NCBI GenBank assembly: GCA_002269645.1
Contig: NIVC01000119.1
Span: 44,966-108,965, forward strand
Direction: 5' to 3'
Origin: Macrostomum lignano
Lineage: Eukaryota
DNA: 64,000 nucleotides
Shown here piece by piece: positions 51,393 through 64,000 of the stretch. Both the position numbers and the translations under genes were made by a program. The stretch's first letter is position 1, and the number at the start of each line of letters is the position of its first letter. The notes below the pieces were generated by a model that was not told the origin of the DNA, searched no databases, and saw nothing but the letters and a program-made list of their open reading frames with translations.

Positions 51393-51620
51393 GGTAGACA
51401 GGCAGACAAAGCAGACAGAAAGGCAGACAAAGCAGACAGAAAGGCAGACAAAGCAGACAGAAAGGCAGACAAAGCAGACAGAAAGGCAGACAAAGCAGAC
51501 AGAAAGGCAGACAAAGCAGACAGAAAGGCAGACAAAGCAGACAGAAAGGCAGACAAAGCAGACAGAAAGGCAGACAAAGCAGACAGAAAGGCAGACGAAG
51601 CAGACAGAAAGGCAGACAGA
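51393..51620. repeat. 21-bp repeat GCAGACAGAAAGGCAGACAAA
   Basis: Visible array continuing from the GATA/GACA tract. Confidence 0.92.
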
Positions 51621-52004
51621 GTAAAGACACGGTCGCCAGCCCTCCCTGACCGCTCCGCGAGCTCAGAGCCGCTCAGACCAGCCACTCGCACGCACACCGT
51701 ACAGTGCAGCAATAGCGAGAAATGCAATAGCGAATAGCGAAACTCTCGTCTGCTCCTGTATTTTATTCCCAATTTTTTCCGCATAAGTGAAAACCGGTTC
51801 CTCTAAGAAGATTGTTGCTATGCAGTAGAGAGAGCGCGAGGGAGAGAAACTTCCTGAGCACAACTGAGAAGGGTGCGTGGCAAGTTTTGAAGACTACAAA
51901 CAGAAGAATTTCCACCCACGCTTTCAGCAGCGGGGGCTGCTCAAGCTCAAGTGCTCTGTTATTACCTGCTTGAAAGCTTAAGGAAAAAAATGATGAGGTT
52001 GTAA

Positions 52005-52215
52005 AAGTGAAGGGGAGATGGGAAGAGGGAGAGGGGAAGTGGGAGGTGGGAAGACGGAGATGGGAAGTGGGAGGTGGGAAGACGGAGAGGGGAAGAGGGA
52101 GAGAGGAAGAGGGAGAGGGGAAGAGGGAGAGGGGAAGAGGGAGATGGGAAGTGGGAGGTGGGAAAAGGGAGAGGGGAAGAGGGAGGTGGGAAGAGAGAGA
52201 TGGGAGGATGGGGAT
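52005..52215. repeat. Polypurine low-complexity tract (GGGAAGAGGGAGA-like)
   Basis: Directly visible. Confidence 0.8.
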
Positions 52216-53110
52216 GCGAAGAAGTATGAAGTAGGGGCTTAGCTAGGCAGAAGGCAACATAACTGGTCGAATATAATGTAAGCAGCCACAAGTGCATTTG
52301 CGCATGGTAGCAAGCAGGCAATCTGGCACCGTGCATGCACAAAACAGAATTTCTGGGCAAAAAAGGTGGAACTGTTTACGTCTTAGGCATGCAGTCAGTC
52401 TTAACCAGCCCCAGTGCGGGATCCCCAGTGTGGATTGCCCCGCTCTTTTCTTTTCCAGAGACGAGAGAATTTCTACTAGAAATAATGCACTCCCAACCTG
52501 GGCTTGGGGCCCTTAATCCGGCTCCATTTGCTACTGTCTGGGAGCTGCGTCCTTCTCAATTGATATACACTGTCAGGCGCATTATTCACTAACAAATCAG
52601 CCACTTGATTCTCCTCTCATCCTCTCACTCTCTCACTCTTTTCCTCATCAAAGTCCCCCACGCCACAGCCTCCGCACCAAATTCGAGACTCCGATGTTGC
52701 GCACTTGACGCGCGCGCGCGCGGGCGCGGGCGCGGGCACACGTTAAAGCGCGGGCCTCTCCGCGCTGAGAGGGGACGGGAGAGGCAAAAGGGAAGGGGAA
52801 ACGAGGAGAAAAGACGGGGGACAACCGGGAGTTGGCATTGGGGGACCAGTGGGCGAACTGACCATGGATTGGGCGGTCCGGCCTCTCCTGCCCCATTCGA
52901 TCCCCAGACTTTTCTCTCTCTCTTTTTCCCAGCGAAAAAAATAGGAAGAATCATTCTTGGTTAAATGGGCATTGAGTTCCCTGAGATGCGCTTTTCTCAT
53001 CCAGCCGTCTCATCCGACTAACCCGAGTTGATGACGAGAAAGTCAGGCAGCTTTCAAAACCCGGCAGCTGAGGGCAGGGTCTGGCTGAGCAGACTCAAAC
53101 GACTGTTTTT

Positions 53111-53141
<31 letters not shown>

Positions 53142-53403
53142 AGGAACTCAGAACAAAGATTTCGCGATTTCGGTCGGTGCAGATCCCAGCAGCAGCCTCT
53201 GAGAAGCCAGAGCCGGTCACCGCTGCACCAGATAACCCCATCTTCGACCCTGGTCGAGGTCGAGTCTGAAGAGCACGACGGTCGAATGAGACCGCGAAGT
53301 CCGCTGAGGAAGCTGCTCAGCTTGCAGCACGGCAGTCAGGCGTGCAATGGCGCGGCGGCTGGCAACTGCGAGGCGCGACATTCTGTGAGCAGATGGGTTC
53401 CGT

Positions 53404-55030
53404 GGGATCTGGGATCGGGGATCTGGGATCGGGGATCTGGGATCGGGGATCTGGGATCGGGGATCTGGGATCGGGGATCTGGGATCGGGGATCTGGGATC
53501 GGGGATCTGGGATCGGGGATCTGGGATCGGGGATCTGGGATCGGGGATCTGGGATCGGGGATCTGGGATCGGGGATCTGGGATCGGGGATCTGGGATCGG
53601 GGATCTGGGATCGGGGATCTGGGATCGGGGATCTGGGATCGGGGATCTGGGATCGGGGATCTGGGATCGGGGATCTGGGATCGGGGATCTGGGATCGGGG
53701 ATCTGGGATCGGGGATCTGGGATCGGGGATCTGGGATCGGGGATCTGGGATCGGGGATCTGGGATCGGGGATCTGGGATCGGGGATCTGGGATCGGGGAT
53801 CTGGGATCGGGGATCTGGGATCGGGGATCTGGGATCGGGGATCTGGGATCGGGGATCTGGGATCGGGGATCTGGGATCGGGGATCTGGGATCGGGGATCT
53901 GGGATCGGGGATCTGGGATCGGGGATCTGGGATCGGGGATCTGGGATCGGGGATCTGGGATCGGGGATCTGGGATCGGGGATCTGGGATCGGGGATCTGG
54001 GATCGGGGATCTGGGATCGGGGATCTGGGATCGGGGATCTGGGATCGGGGATCTGGGATCGGGGATCTGGGATCGGGGATCTGGGATCGGGGATCTGGGA
54101 TCGGGGATCTGGGATCGGGGATCTGGGATCGGGGATCTGGGATCGGGGATCTGGGATCGGGGATCTGGGATCGGGGATCTGGGATCGGGGATCTGGGATC
54201 GGGGATCTGGGATCGGGGATCTGGGATCGGGGATCTGGGATCGGGGATCTGGGATCGGGGATCTGGGATCGGGGATCTGGGATCGGGGATCTGGGATCGG
54301 GGATCTGGGATCGGGGATCTGGGATCGGGGATCTGGGATCGGGGATCTGGGATCGGGGATCTGGGATCGGGGATCTGGGATCGGGGATCTGGGATCGGGG
54401 ATCTGGGATCGGGGATCTGGGATCGGGGATCTGGGATCGGGGATCTGGGATCGGGGATCTGGGATCGGGGATCTGGGATCGGGGATCTGGGATCGGGGAT
54501 CTGGGATCGGGGATCTGGGATCAGGGATCTGGGATCGGGGATCTGGGATCGGGGATCTGGGATCGGGATCTGGGATCGGGGATCTGGGATCGGGGATCTG
54601 GGATCGGGGATCTGGGATCGGGGATCTGGGATCGGGGATCTGGGATCGGGGATCTGGGATCGGGGATCTGGGATCGGGGATCTGGGATCGGGGATCTGGG
54701 ATCGGGGATCTGGGATCGGGGATCTGGGATCGGGGATCTGGGATCGGGGATCTGGGATCGGGGATCTGGGATCGGGGATCTGGGATCGGGGATCTGGGAT
54801 CGGGGATCTGGGATCGGGGATCTGGGATCGGGGATCTGGGATCGGGGATCTGGGATCGGGGATCTGGGATCAGGGATCTGGGATCGGGGATCTGGGATCG
54901 GGGATCTGGGATCGGGGATCTGGGATCGGGGATCTGGGATCGGGGATCTGGGATCGGGGATCTGGGATCGGGGATCTGGGATCGGGGATCTGGGATCGGG
55001 GATCTGGGATCGGGGATCTGGGATCTGGGA
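53404..55030. repeat. 14-bp (2x7) satellite GGGATCTGGGATCG, about 115 copies
   Basis: Near-perfect array; it explains the four long repeat ORFs at 53028-55195. Confidence 0.98.
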
Positions 55031-55339
55031 TTCAATTTTTTGCCGTTTCGCTATCCATGAAGGAAATGAGTACACGGGGATCATAATGCATAATTTACAT
55101 GTGAATCGAGTTTCAAAAATTGGTAATTCAATGATGTGAGGACTTAAGGTTATCTCTAACCTACTGGCTTTCCATTGCTCGACTGTTGCCATCAATCAAA
55201 GACGGTTTCAGAATATCTACTGCTGACATTGATTCTGTTAGCCTCAATCAGATTTGGGTGTCGGATTTTTGTGGTCCGGAAAAGTTCCTCTATTCGAAAT
55301 TGACGATCAAATTCTAATCAAAGAAAGTGACGCTTAATT

Positions 55340-56080
55340 TCAAGCAGTGGCGCCAAATTCTAGATAGTGGCGCATCATTTTAGGCAGCGGCGCCTAATTT
55401 AAGACAGTGGCGCCCAATTTAAGACAGCGGTGCTCAATTTAAGACAGTGGCGCCCAATTTTAGGCAGTGGCGCCCAATTTAAGACAGTGGTGCCAAATTT
55501 AAGACAGTGGCACCCAATTTTAGGCAGTGGCGCTCAATTTAAGACAGTGGCGCCCAATTTTAGGCAGTGGCGCCCAATTTAAGACAGTGGTGCCAAATTT
55601 AAGACAGTGGCACCCAATTTTAGGCAGTGGCACCCAATTTTAGGCAGTGGCGCCCAATTTTAGGCAGTGGCGCCCAATTTAAGACAGTGGTGCCAAATTT
55701 AAGACAGTGGCACCCAATTTTAGGCAGTGGCGCCCAATTTTAGGCAGTGACGCCCAATTTTAGGCAGCGGCGCCCAATTTAAGACAGTGGCGCCCAATTT
55801 TAGGCAGTGGCGCCCAATTTTAGGCAGTGGCGTCCAATTTTAGGCAGTGGCGCCCAATTTTAGGCAGCGGCGCCCAATTTTAGGCAGTGACGCCCAACTT
55901 TAGGCAGCGGCGCCCAATTTAAGACAGTGGCGCCCAATTTTAGGCAGTGGCGCCCAATTTTAGGCAGTGACGCCCAATTTAAGACAGTGGCGACTAATTT
56001 TAGGTAGTGGCGCCCAATTTTAGGCAGTGGCGCCCAATTTTATGTAGTGGCGCCCAATTTTAGACAGTGGCGCCCAATTT
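55340..56080. repeat. 20-bp minisatellite GCAGTGGCGCCCAATTTTAG
   Basis: Visible array. Confidence 0.93.
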
Positions 56081-56535
56081 TCGACGATTGCATCGAATTA
56101 AAACCAATTTTTTTCTAGCTTACGAGCGTATTAGGACATAATATTTATAAAACTGAGAATAAACTCCTGACTTGAAGACTGGGCCGCTTGTTTAGAATGT
56201 TAATCCACTAATCCGCAGATTTTCGCCATCGCTTGACAACCAGAAGCAGAAATTCAAAGCATTTCAGTCAACAGAATCTGTCAGGTTTCTTCTTGTTTTG
56301 TCTGACCAAGTGATTTGGCGTTTGTACTAAGGGAGGATTAGCAGCTGACTAAAGAGGTGGATTAAAGATATTTCTAAAGCCCCACTGTCGAGGGATTTCG
56401 GGAATAAAACTGTCTGTCTGTCGGTAAGCTGGCGTAAAGTCGTGCCGTGCCGAATAATGTTTTTTGCCACAAATGATTCTCTTTTTCGATCTATCCTGAC
56501 GTGTATGGATGCAATGCGCATGCATGGCATGTTTT

Positions 56536-57072
56536 ACAGTGCCTGTCTTAGTGCTTGTCTCAGTGTCTGTCTCAGTGTCTGTCTCAGTGTCTGTCTCAGT
56601 GTCTGTCTCAGTGTCTGTCTCAGTGTCTGTCTCAGTGTCTGTCTGAGTGTCTGTCTCAGTGTCTGTCTGAGTGTCTGTCTCAGTGTCTGTCTGAGTGTCT
56701 GTCTCAGTGTCTGTCTCAGTGTCTGTCTCAGTGTCTGTCTCAGTGTCTGTCTCAGTGTCTGTCTCAGTGTCTGTCTCAGTGTCTGTCTCAGTGTCTGTCT
56801 CAGTGTCTGTCTCAGTGTCTGTCTCAGTGTCTGTCTCAGTGTCTGTCTCAGTGTCTGTCTCAGTGTCTGTCTCAGTGTCTGTCTCAGTGTCTGTCTCAGT
56901 GTCTGTCTCAGTGTCTGTCTCAGTGTCTGTCTCAGTGTCTGTCTCAGTGTCTGTCTCAGTGTCTGTCTCAGTGTCTGTCTCAGTGTCTGTCTCAGTGTCT
57001 GTCTCAGTGTCTGTCTCAGTGTCTGTCTCAGTGTCTGTCTCAGTGTCTGTCTCAGTGTCTGTCTTAGTGTCC

Positions 57073-57150
<78 letters not shown>

Positions 57151-57191
57151 GTGTGTCTGTCTGTGTGTCTGTCTGTCTGTCTGTCTGTCTT

Positions 57192-57222
<31 letters not shown>

Positions 57223-57290
57223 GTCTGTCTGTCTCAGCGTCTGTCTCAGCGTCTGTCCCAGTGTCTGTCTTATTGTCTGTCTGTTGTATC
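56536..57290. repeat. 12-bp repeat GTGTCTGTCTCA grading into (GTCT)n
   Basis: Visible array. Confidence 0.95.
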
Positions 57291-58054
57291 GTTTTAATTC
57301 TTTTCAGTCGACTTTTTTAATCAAAGCTACTATGCTCAGACGCTTGAATTGCTACTTTCAATACTTAAAGTAGTAACAAAGAAATTGTTTAATCCGTAAT
57401 TCTACCTATGAATCTTTTATCCATCATATTATATGATAATACTCATAGTAACACGGTGAAGCTTCTTAAACTTCCTCTATTGGACCGATTCGAACCCAAT
57501 TATCCAGTTGGAAAAATCTAGAAAGGTATTTCACGCTAAAAGTGCATCCAATTCCCGGACAGCTTCCCGTAATTAAGTAGTTCTACTGTTGTGTCTTACA
57601 AAAAATCAAACGTGTAAACAAGGTCGGGCTCGAACTCGGCAAACGTTTGGAACCTGAGAATCTCGGCGCAGCCTACAGTAACCCGATAGCCCAGGCCTCG
57701 ACTCGACAGGACTTTCGAGAGTCGCGAATGAAGCGATCAATCATGCTGCAGAGCTGTCAAAGAGAGCTTGCTTTCTGCTTCAAAGAAGCATTTGGCCAAA
57801 GTACGAGCTGGAAAGTACATTGCCGTACCCACAGTTTCGGCAGGGAAAACATTCTAATTTGATGCCCAATCAGGTTGAGGAAAAGAAATTAGAGATAAGA
57901 GATTATAGATTAGATATTAGTGAGATAGGATATGAGAGGTGTCCAAAAAGTGGAAAATCTTGTCGTTTATTTTACTAAAAACTTTCGTGCATATGTTAAT
58001 TTAACAAGAAGTGGTGCTTACTTATTTCGCATACCACGTAATAATTTACAACGT

Positions 58055-59008
58055 ATTACACTTGTCCTAATGGCCAGATATGCAACCGACAGCTCAGCCG
58101 CAGCTATTGCGCGGCGCATCTGAAGGCTGCGTACGGCTGTTCAGTCCAAGGACTGGGAGGTCGCCACACACACCCTCAATTACCCCAGCTAATTCTGGCA
58201 CCAGGGGCATCGCCATGGATTTTATGGTGGGGACAAAGCCAAGAATTCAACATGTAAATGTACATGACTAAATTTTGGCACTCATTTTGGCGCCGCAGGC
58301 ATTCCTTTTAGCGCCGCAGGCATTCATTTTGGCGCTGCAGGCACTCATTTTGGCGCCGCGGCGCCGCAGGCATTCCTTTTAGCGCCACAGGCATTCATTT
58401 TGGCGCCGCGGGCACTCATTTTGGTGCCGCAGGCATTCCTTTTAGCGCCGCAGGCATTCCTTTTAGCGCCACAGGCATTCATTTTGGCGCCGCAGGCACT
58501 CATTTTGGTGCCGCAGGCATTCCTTTTAGCGCCGCAGGCATTCATTTTGGCGCCGCAGGCACTCATTTTGGCGCCGCAGGCACTCATTTTGGCGCCGCAG
58601 GCACTCATTTTGGCGCCGCAGGCATTCATTTTGGCGCTGCGGCATTCCTTTTAGCGCCGCAGGCACTCATTTTAGCACCGCAGGCATTCATTTTGGCGCC
58701 GCGGGCATTCCTTTTGGCGCCGCGGACATATCCCCCCAGAGCTTTTACTGGGGGACATGTCCCCCCCAGAGCTTTTACTGGGGGACATGTCCCCCCAGAG
58801 CTTTTACTGGGGGGACATGTCCCCCCCAGAGCTTTTACTGGGGGACATGTCCCCCCCGGTGGCGACGCGCCTGCCTGGCGCCCATTTCACAGCTGGGTGA
58901 GCTGAAGCAATGCAGAGTTAAGTGTCTTGCTCAAGGACACAAATTGTTCTGAGTAGGTCAAGAATCGAACCCCCGACCTTTCTCAGTCTGCTACAAGAGC
59001 ACTTAGGC
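58055..59008 (-). mobile_element. CORE-type SINE, copy 2, interrupted by a hAT-like MITE
   Basis: 58071-58201 and 58874-58975 align with copy 1 at 432-653. B-box-like GGTTCGATTC on the minus strand. Confidence 0.75.
58202..58873. mobile_element. hAT-like MITE, copy 2 (672 bp), with internal 21-bp and 27-bp minisatellites
   Basis: TIRs CAGGGGCATCGCCA and CAGGCGCGTCGCCA (reverse complement), with a degenerate 8-bp TSD TCTGGCAC/CCTGGCGC. The empty site is visible in SINE copy 1. Confidence 0.78.
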
Positions 59009-60414
59009 CTATGATGGACAATAGAGTTACAAAAAGGGTTGTAAGAGAATATCAAAGAAGATCCCTAGCAGCGCTTTTGAGCATGACCTTGAAATGAAAC
59101 TTGCCAGAGTTGCAATCGATCCAAAGGAAATTTGGTGGAGATGTATATGAGAAATCCGTAGGCAAAAGCACAATCGTATCACTACTTTTTGGACACCCCT
59201 CGTCGATGGAGAGCAGAGAGACAGAGTGACTTGCTGTAGGAATTAAGAGAATTAATTAATGCAAATGCATTAATAAAAAAACATACAACATCTTCATATG
59301 CAAATTGGAGGCTTGACTACATTAGTCGGGGACGCGACCTTGCGGTTGTTGCCAAGAAGACTCCCAACCCGGCTTCAGTCTCACTTTTTAGCTCATTAGT
59401 TTGCTGATTACAGTAGCTTTCGATAATGGAGTCGCTTTGCTCGTAACTGGGTTTTGAGTGCTAAAATACGAGCGTATAACCAGCAAATTGAGTGCTAATT
59501 TTTAGTAGCTATGGAGATTAGGCTGAGCCAATCGAGATGACTTTGTATTGCTAGGTGAGTTGAGTTTGGTCAGGCCTAAGTGCTCTTGGGATTAGTTTTA
59601 TCCTTGACATTGGGTAACTGCATGGCCAGGTCAAATTGCCCCAGGGAATCTGTGACTGCAATGTACTAATAAAGCAATGTCAAATAGAATTATGCTGCGA
59701 CTGCAAGCGACTGCGACTTGTAAAGCTGTGAAGTCAAATGACCTTGAGCTCCGAGAAAAGTGATCATCTGACAAGAAATCATTGTGTGCCACTTAATCAC
59801 GTGATCATCATTTGGGGAACCTAGACTTCTAAAAATCGTGAGTCATATGCGTGATACAAGGTCGATTGCCACGCATCGGCTGCGTGCTTGCAAATCACGT
59901 GATTAATCTGTGCTAAAAATAGACTACTAGATTGGCATGAGTCATCCACTTTGGCCAGTCAACGCTATATAGGGGCAGTAAAGGGTTGACGGTGGACTTA
60001 TATAAACAGCAAACCAGACTAAAGCAAAAAAACTTTTTCCTAGCAAAACAAACCAAGGGAAATCCGTACGTACTTTTATCCACAAAAACAGGCCATTGTG
60101 TAAAATGTATTGCAAATTTAAATAAAGGCTCTTGGTCTGCAAAAATCTGATGTTTGGCAATGATAAAACAAGCGAGCAAATGCGTTGTCTTTGGGAATTT
60201 GAGATGTTTAGCTGGCTTAGACGGTTGTGGGACCTGATGATATCTTCACAACTCTGGTGCATATTTCAAAGTGGGGATTTAAATGAGCATTTTTGAAAAA
60301 ATTAAAAAAAGCCAAAGGATGAATCGTTTGAATTTGCGCATCTACCAGAAATTAGATACTGCTTCTGTTGAAAACGCTTTTGTATAGAATTTACCGCCAA
60401 CACCCATTCTGCTT

Positions 60415-60790
60415 CCATTTGGAGTTTGGCGCCAAGGTCTAAAGTAGCTTATGCTTTCATTTGGAGTTTGGCGCCAATGTCTAAAGTAGCTTATGCTTTC
60501 ATTTGGAGTTTGGCGCCAATGCCTAAAGTAGCTTATGCTTCCATCTGGAGTTTGGCGCCAATGTCTAAAGTAGCTTATGCTTCCATCTGGAGTTTGGCGC
60601 CAATGTCTAATAGCTCCTGCTTCCATCTGGAGTTTAGCGCCAATGTCTAATAGCTCCTGCTTCCATCTGGAGTTTAGCGCCAATGTCTAATAGCTCCTGC
60701 TTCCATCTGGAGTTTGGCGCCAATGTCTAATAGCTTATGCTTCCATCTAAAGTTTGGCGCCAATGTCTAAAGTAGCTTATGCTTCCGTCT
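60415..60790. repeat. 42/39-bp minisatellite (TTTGGCGCCAATGTCTAA...CCATCTGGAG)
   Basis: Visible array. Confidence 0.9.
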
Positions 60791-61644
60791 AGATCTAAAA
60801 GTGGGTGCCTCCACTTTTTGAGCTGAAGCATCATGGACCTGCTCTCAATTAGCTTGAATATTAAGTTGAATTTTTCAGTGGCCAATGGAATTTAGGAACG
60901 CAAGAAGAACCGACTCAGATATGCAAGCAAGTGCTGCCCTATGCATGAATATAATGACTATTAGAAGTGCTCTATAGAGTTCTCAGCCCATGTTCGTCAA
61001 TGGCTCATAAGTGCCCAAACGCACGCAAGGCTACCATTGCACTACCACTTGAGGCTTTTATGCAATATCGTCTAGAAAGTGCTCGAGCTCATTCGCTCTT
61101 GCCAATTTTACTTTAATCTTTTCTTCGACCCAAGAATTTTCTTGAGTTTTTGCTTGGCATGCAAATAGAGAGAAAGTTGTGCGTCTTCTATAACTATAAG
61201 TACACCCCTCTGTAAGTCTTACTTTCTCTCAAGACCTATCCTTCAAGACCTTCTGTTCCCGTCGCCATTTAGCGCATGGCAATTGGCTGCTGGGATCCGT
61301 ATAGCAGCACAGATGAATTGTAGATATGCATCAGTTTGAAGACTTGCATCCCGAGTAGCCCCTGGCCAATCCCATTCCATCTCGAGCGCATATTTATATG
61401 CCTGTAAGAGAAGAGGGGGGCGCAGTGCTAATTTGCATTTGAAGACGGACTGGAGCAGCAAGCGAACCATTTTTTTCCAAACGTGCAAGCCATGGACGGA
61501 TCAGCGAGAGTGAGTTTTGCGTCAGCTGTTCTCTACTGAAAGGCTAATTAATAGGCAAGGGTATTTTGTCTTTTTTTTGCGTAAGCAAGCATTGTCGTTT
61601 AAAACAAAGCTTTTGGTCGGAGCGTAGCTTTTAAGGTCGATACT

Positions 61645-62570
61645 TCCAAACTCGAACTTCCCAAACTCGAAACTTCCCAAACTCGATACCCCCCAAACTC
61701 GAAACTTCCCAGACTCGATACCTCCCACAATCGAAACTTCAAAACTCGAAACTTCCCAGCTCGAATACCTCCCAAACTTAAAATTCCAAACTCGATAACT
61801 CACAAGCTCGAAACTTCCAAACTCGAAACTTCCCAAATTCGAAACTTCCCAAACTCGAAACTTCCCAAACTCGAAACTTCCCAAACTCGAAACTTCCCAA
61901 ACTCGAAACTTCCCAAACTCGATACCTCCCAAACTCGAAACTTCCCAGACTCGATACCTCCCACAATCGAAACTTCCAAAACTCGAACTTCCCAAACTCG
62001 AACTTCCCAACTCGAAACTTCCCAACTCGAAACTTCCCAAACTCGATACCTCCCAAACTCGAAACTTCCCAGACTCGATACCTCCCACAATCGAAACTTC
62101 CAAAACTCGAAACTTCCCAAGCTCGATACCTCCAAACTTAAAATTTCCCAAACTCGATAACTCACAAGCTCGAAACTTCCCAAACTCGAAACTTCCCAAA
62201 TTCGAAACTTCCCAAACTCGAAACTTCCAACTCGAAACTTCCCAAACTAGAAACTTCCCAAACTCGAAACTTCCCAAACTCGAAACTTCCCAAACTCGAA
62301 ACTTCCCAAACTCGAAACTTCCCAAACTCGAAACTTCCCAAACTCGAAACTTCCCAAACTCGAAACTTCCCAAACTCGAAACTTCCCAAACTCGAAACTT
62401 CCCAAACTCGAAACTTCCCAAACTCGAAACTTCCCAAACTAGAAACTTCCCAAACTCGAAACTTCCCAAACTCGAAACTTCCCAAACTCGAAACTTCCAG
62501 CTCGATACCTCCCAAGCTCGAAACTTCTCAAACTCGAGACTTCCCAAACTCGATACCTTACAAGCTCGAA
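61645..62570. repeat. 16-bp minisatellite CAAACTCGAAACTTCC
   Basis: Period of 16 counted. Confidence 0.93.
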
Positions 62571-63059
62571 CTTTGTCCACTCAAAACATCTCAAGCTCAA
62601 AACTTCATAAGCTCGAATTGCAAGTTTTGATCTTGTAAAAGTGACACCTATGGGTAACCATAGCAACGCTCTCAAACGTTTTCTGTTGTTAATCACGTTT
62701 TTCTCTTCCTGCTTCCTGTCACCTCTGCCTCTGCTCAGACTCATCATCTTCCTCATCAAATGCGGCTCGGGAAGGAAGCGAACTCAGTCGTCAGCAACGC
62801 ATCCGAAAGAAACATCCGCGTGCGTGACTTGGAATAAAATAGTCGAAATATTCATTTCCGTTCGGCATTGATTTGCGCATAAATAGAGCAAAATTATCAG
62901 TCATGCGAAATCATTGGCAGCAAGTACTATTATTGCCGATTCCGAAAAACATCAAGTTTGAAAACGAACTCTGCAGTAAAGAAACAGCAACAATATGGTA
63001 TTATATAATTTACTAGAACAGAAGTGACAAAATTCAAATTTCAAAATACCAGAAAAGAT

Positions 63060-63712
63060 GAGGGGAGAGGAATGAGAGCTAAGAAGGGATTTCTCTAGAA
63101 GAGGAAGGAGCGATGGGAAAGTAAGAGAGGAGAGAGAGGAGAGACGAGAAACGAGAGAGAAGAAATGAGTGAGAGTAGAGAGAGAGGAGAAATGAGAGAA
63201 AAGAGACGAGAGAGGAGAGAAGAGAGGAGATTGAAGAGAGGAGAGAAGAGAGAGAAGAGACGAGAGAGAAGAGAGAAGAGACGAGAGAGAAGAGAGAAGA
63301 GAGGAGAGAAGAGAGAGGAGAGAGGAGAGAAAAGAGAATTGAGATTGAGGAGAGAGGAGAGAAGAGACAGAAGAGGTAGGAGTGGAGAGCTGGGAGATGA
63401 GAGATGAGCGATAGAGAGAGGAGATGAGAGATGAGAGATAGAAGAGGAGAGATGAGAGATGAGCGATAGGAGAGGAGAGACGAGAGATGAGAGATAGGAG
63501 AGGAGAGATGAGAGATGAGCGATAGGAGAGGAGAGATGAGAGATGAGCGATAGGAGAGGAGAGATGAGAGATGAGCGATAGGAGAGGAGAGATGAGAGAT
63601 GAGAGATAGGAGAGGAGAGATGAGAGATGAGAGGTAGGAGAGGAGAGATGAGAGATGAGAGATAGGAGAGGAGAGATGAGAGATGAGAGATAGGAGAGGA
63701 GAGATGAGAGAG
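63060..63712. repeat. GA-rich polypurine low-complexity repeat
   Basis: Directly visible. Confidence 0.9.
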
Positions 63713-64000
63713 GCCGTAAGGCGCCGGGGCCGGTGGAGCAGAATTAGATAGACAGGGTACGAGTAGATTTGCATGCTAGTAGATAAGAAAAGATACGAAA
63801 GATAAGCAAAAAAAGATAAGAAATGTAAACATTTTCTGTGATTGCAAACATTGTCGAGGCAAAAGGGTGACAAAGTACTCCGATTACACCAAGAATATGG
63901 ATTTTGTAGGGGCGCGAAATCCAGGGAAAACGCCATTTGAGCAGTCTTAATCCTTAGAGAGGGGTGCGTCGAATCTCAAATCCCTCAAGACGGGAGCTCA

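Noticed and set aside
53028-57373. Long GSGIWDR, IPDPRS and SVCL repeat ORFs
   Set aside because: They are stop-free frames of 14-bp and 12-bp satellites; all frames are open, so there is no coding signal.
57580-57862. Open + frame of about 90 codons
   Set aside because: No recognisable homology and no convincing splice signals.
59020-59230. Possible CR1-type LINE linker fragment (FEHDLEMKLA..DPKEIW)
   Set aside because: Too short and degenerate to call.
59960-59990. GGCAGTAAAGGG-TTGA as a piggyBac-like terminus
   Set aside because: No matching opposite end or intact TTAA site was seen.
61243-61488. Minus-strand segment with an acceptor-like site and a weak RTE-like SVLLYG motif
   Set aside because: The frames are short and stop-limited; neither a host exon nor a LINE relic can be supported.

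Overview
This is AT-rich, repeat-dense metazoan genomic DNA, probably invertebrate; a flatworm such as Macrostomum is only a guess. All calls come from manual reading, and no database searches were run. Host genes: (1) the 5' two coding exons of Rab10 (- strand; the gene runs off the window start). (2) A 3-exon canonical Src-family kinase (+, 26643-31123, 542 aa). (3) A 5-exon C10orf67-like coiled-coil gene (-, 36743-42727, about 627 aa). (4) An intronless Src-family paralogue (+, 39379-40881) nested antisense in intron 2 of gene 3, lacking both the myristoylation signal and the C-terminal inhibitory Tyr. Bases 5.7-20.6 kb form a DNA-transposon cluster: a non-autonomous EnSpm/CACTA-type element carrying a 3.8-kb satellite, followed by a Merlin deletion derivative (8-bp TSD). 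Into the Merlin an apparently intact EnSpm element inserted (BEN-like ORF plus transposase), and that element itself carries a MITE. Bases 47.8-50.8 kb hold a Penelope-like (Neptune-type) retroelement inside (GATA)n arrays. It has a hammerhead-like motif and what looks like a complete -1 ribosomal frameshift cassette (A_AAA_AAC, 8-nt spacer, hairpin) joining an SGNH-like ORF1 to an ATG-less RT/GIY-YIG ORF2; this is the most notable observation. The window also contains two CORE-type SINEs, two hAT-like MITEs, a 33-bp micro-element, mariner, RTE and Penelope relics, and about 20 distinct minisatellites. Most long ORFs in the supplied track are artefacts of these repeats.
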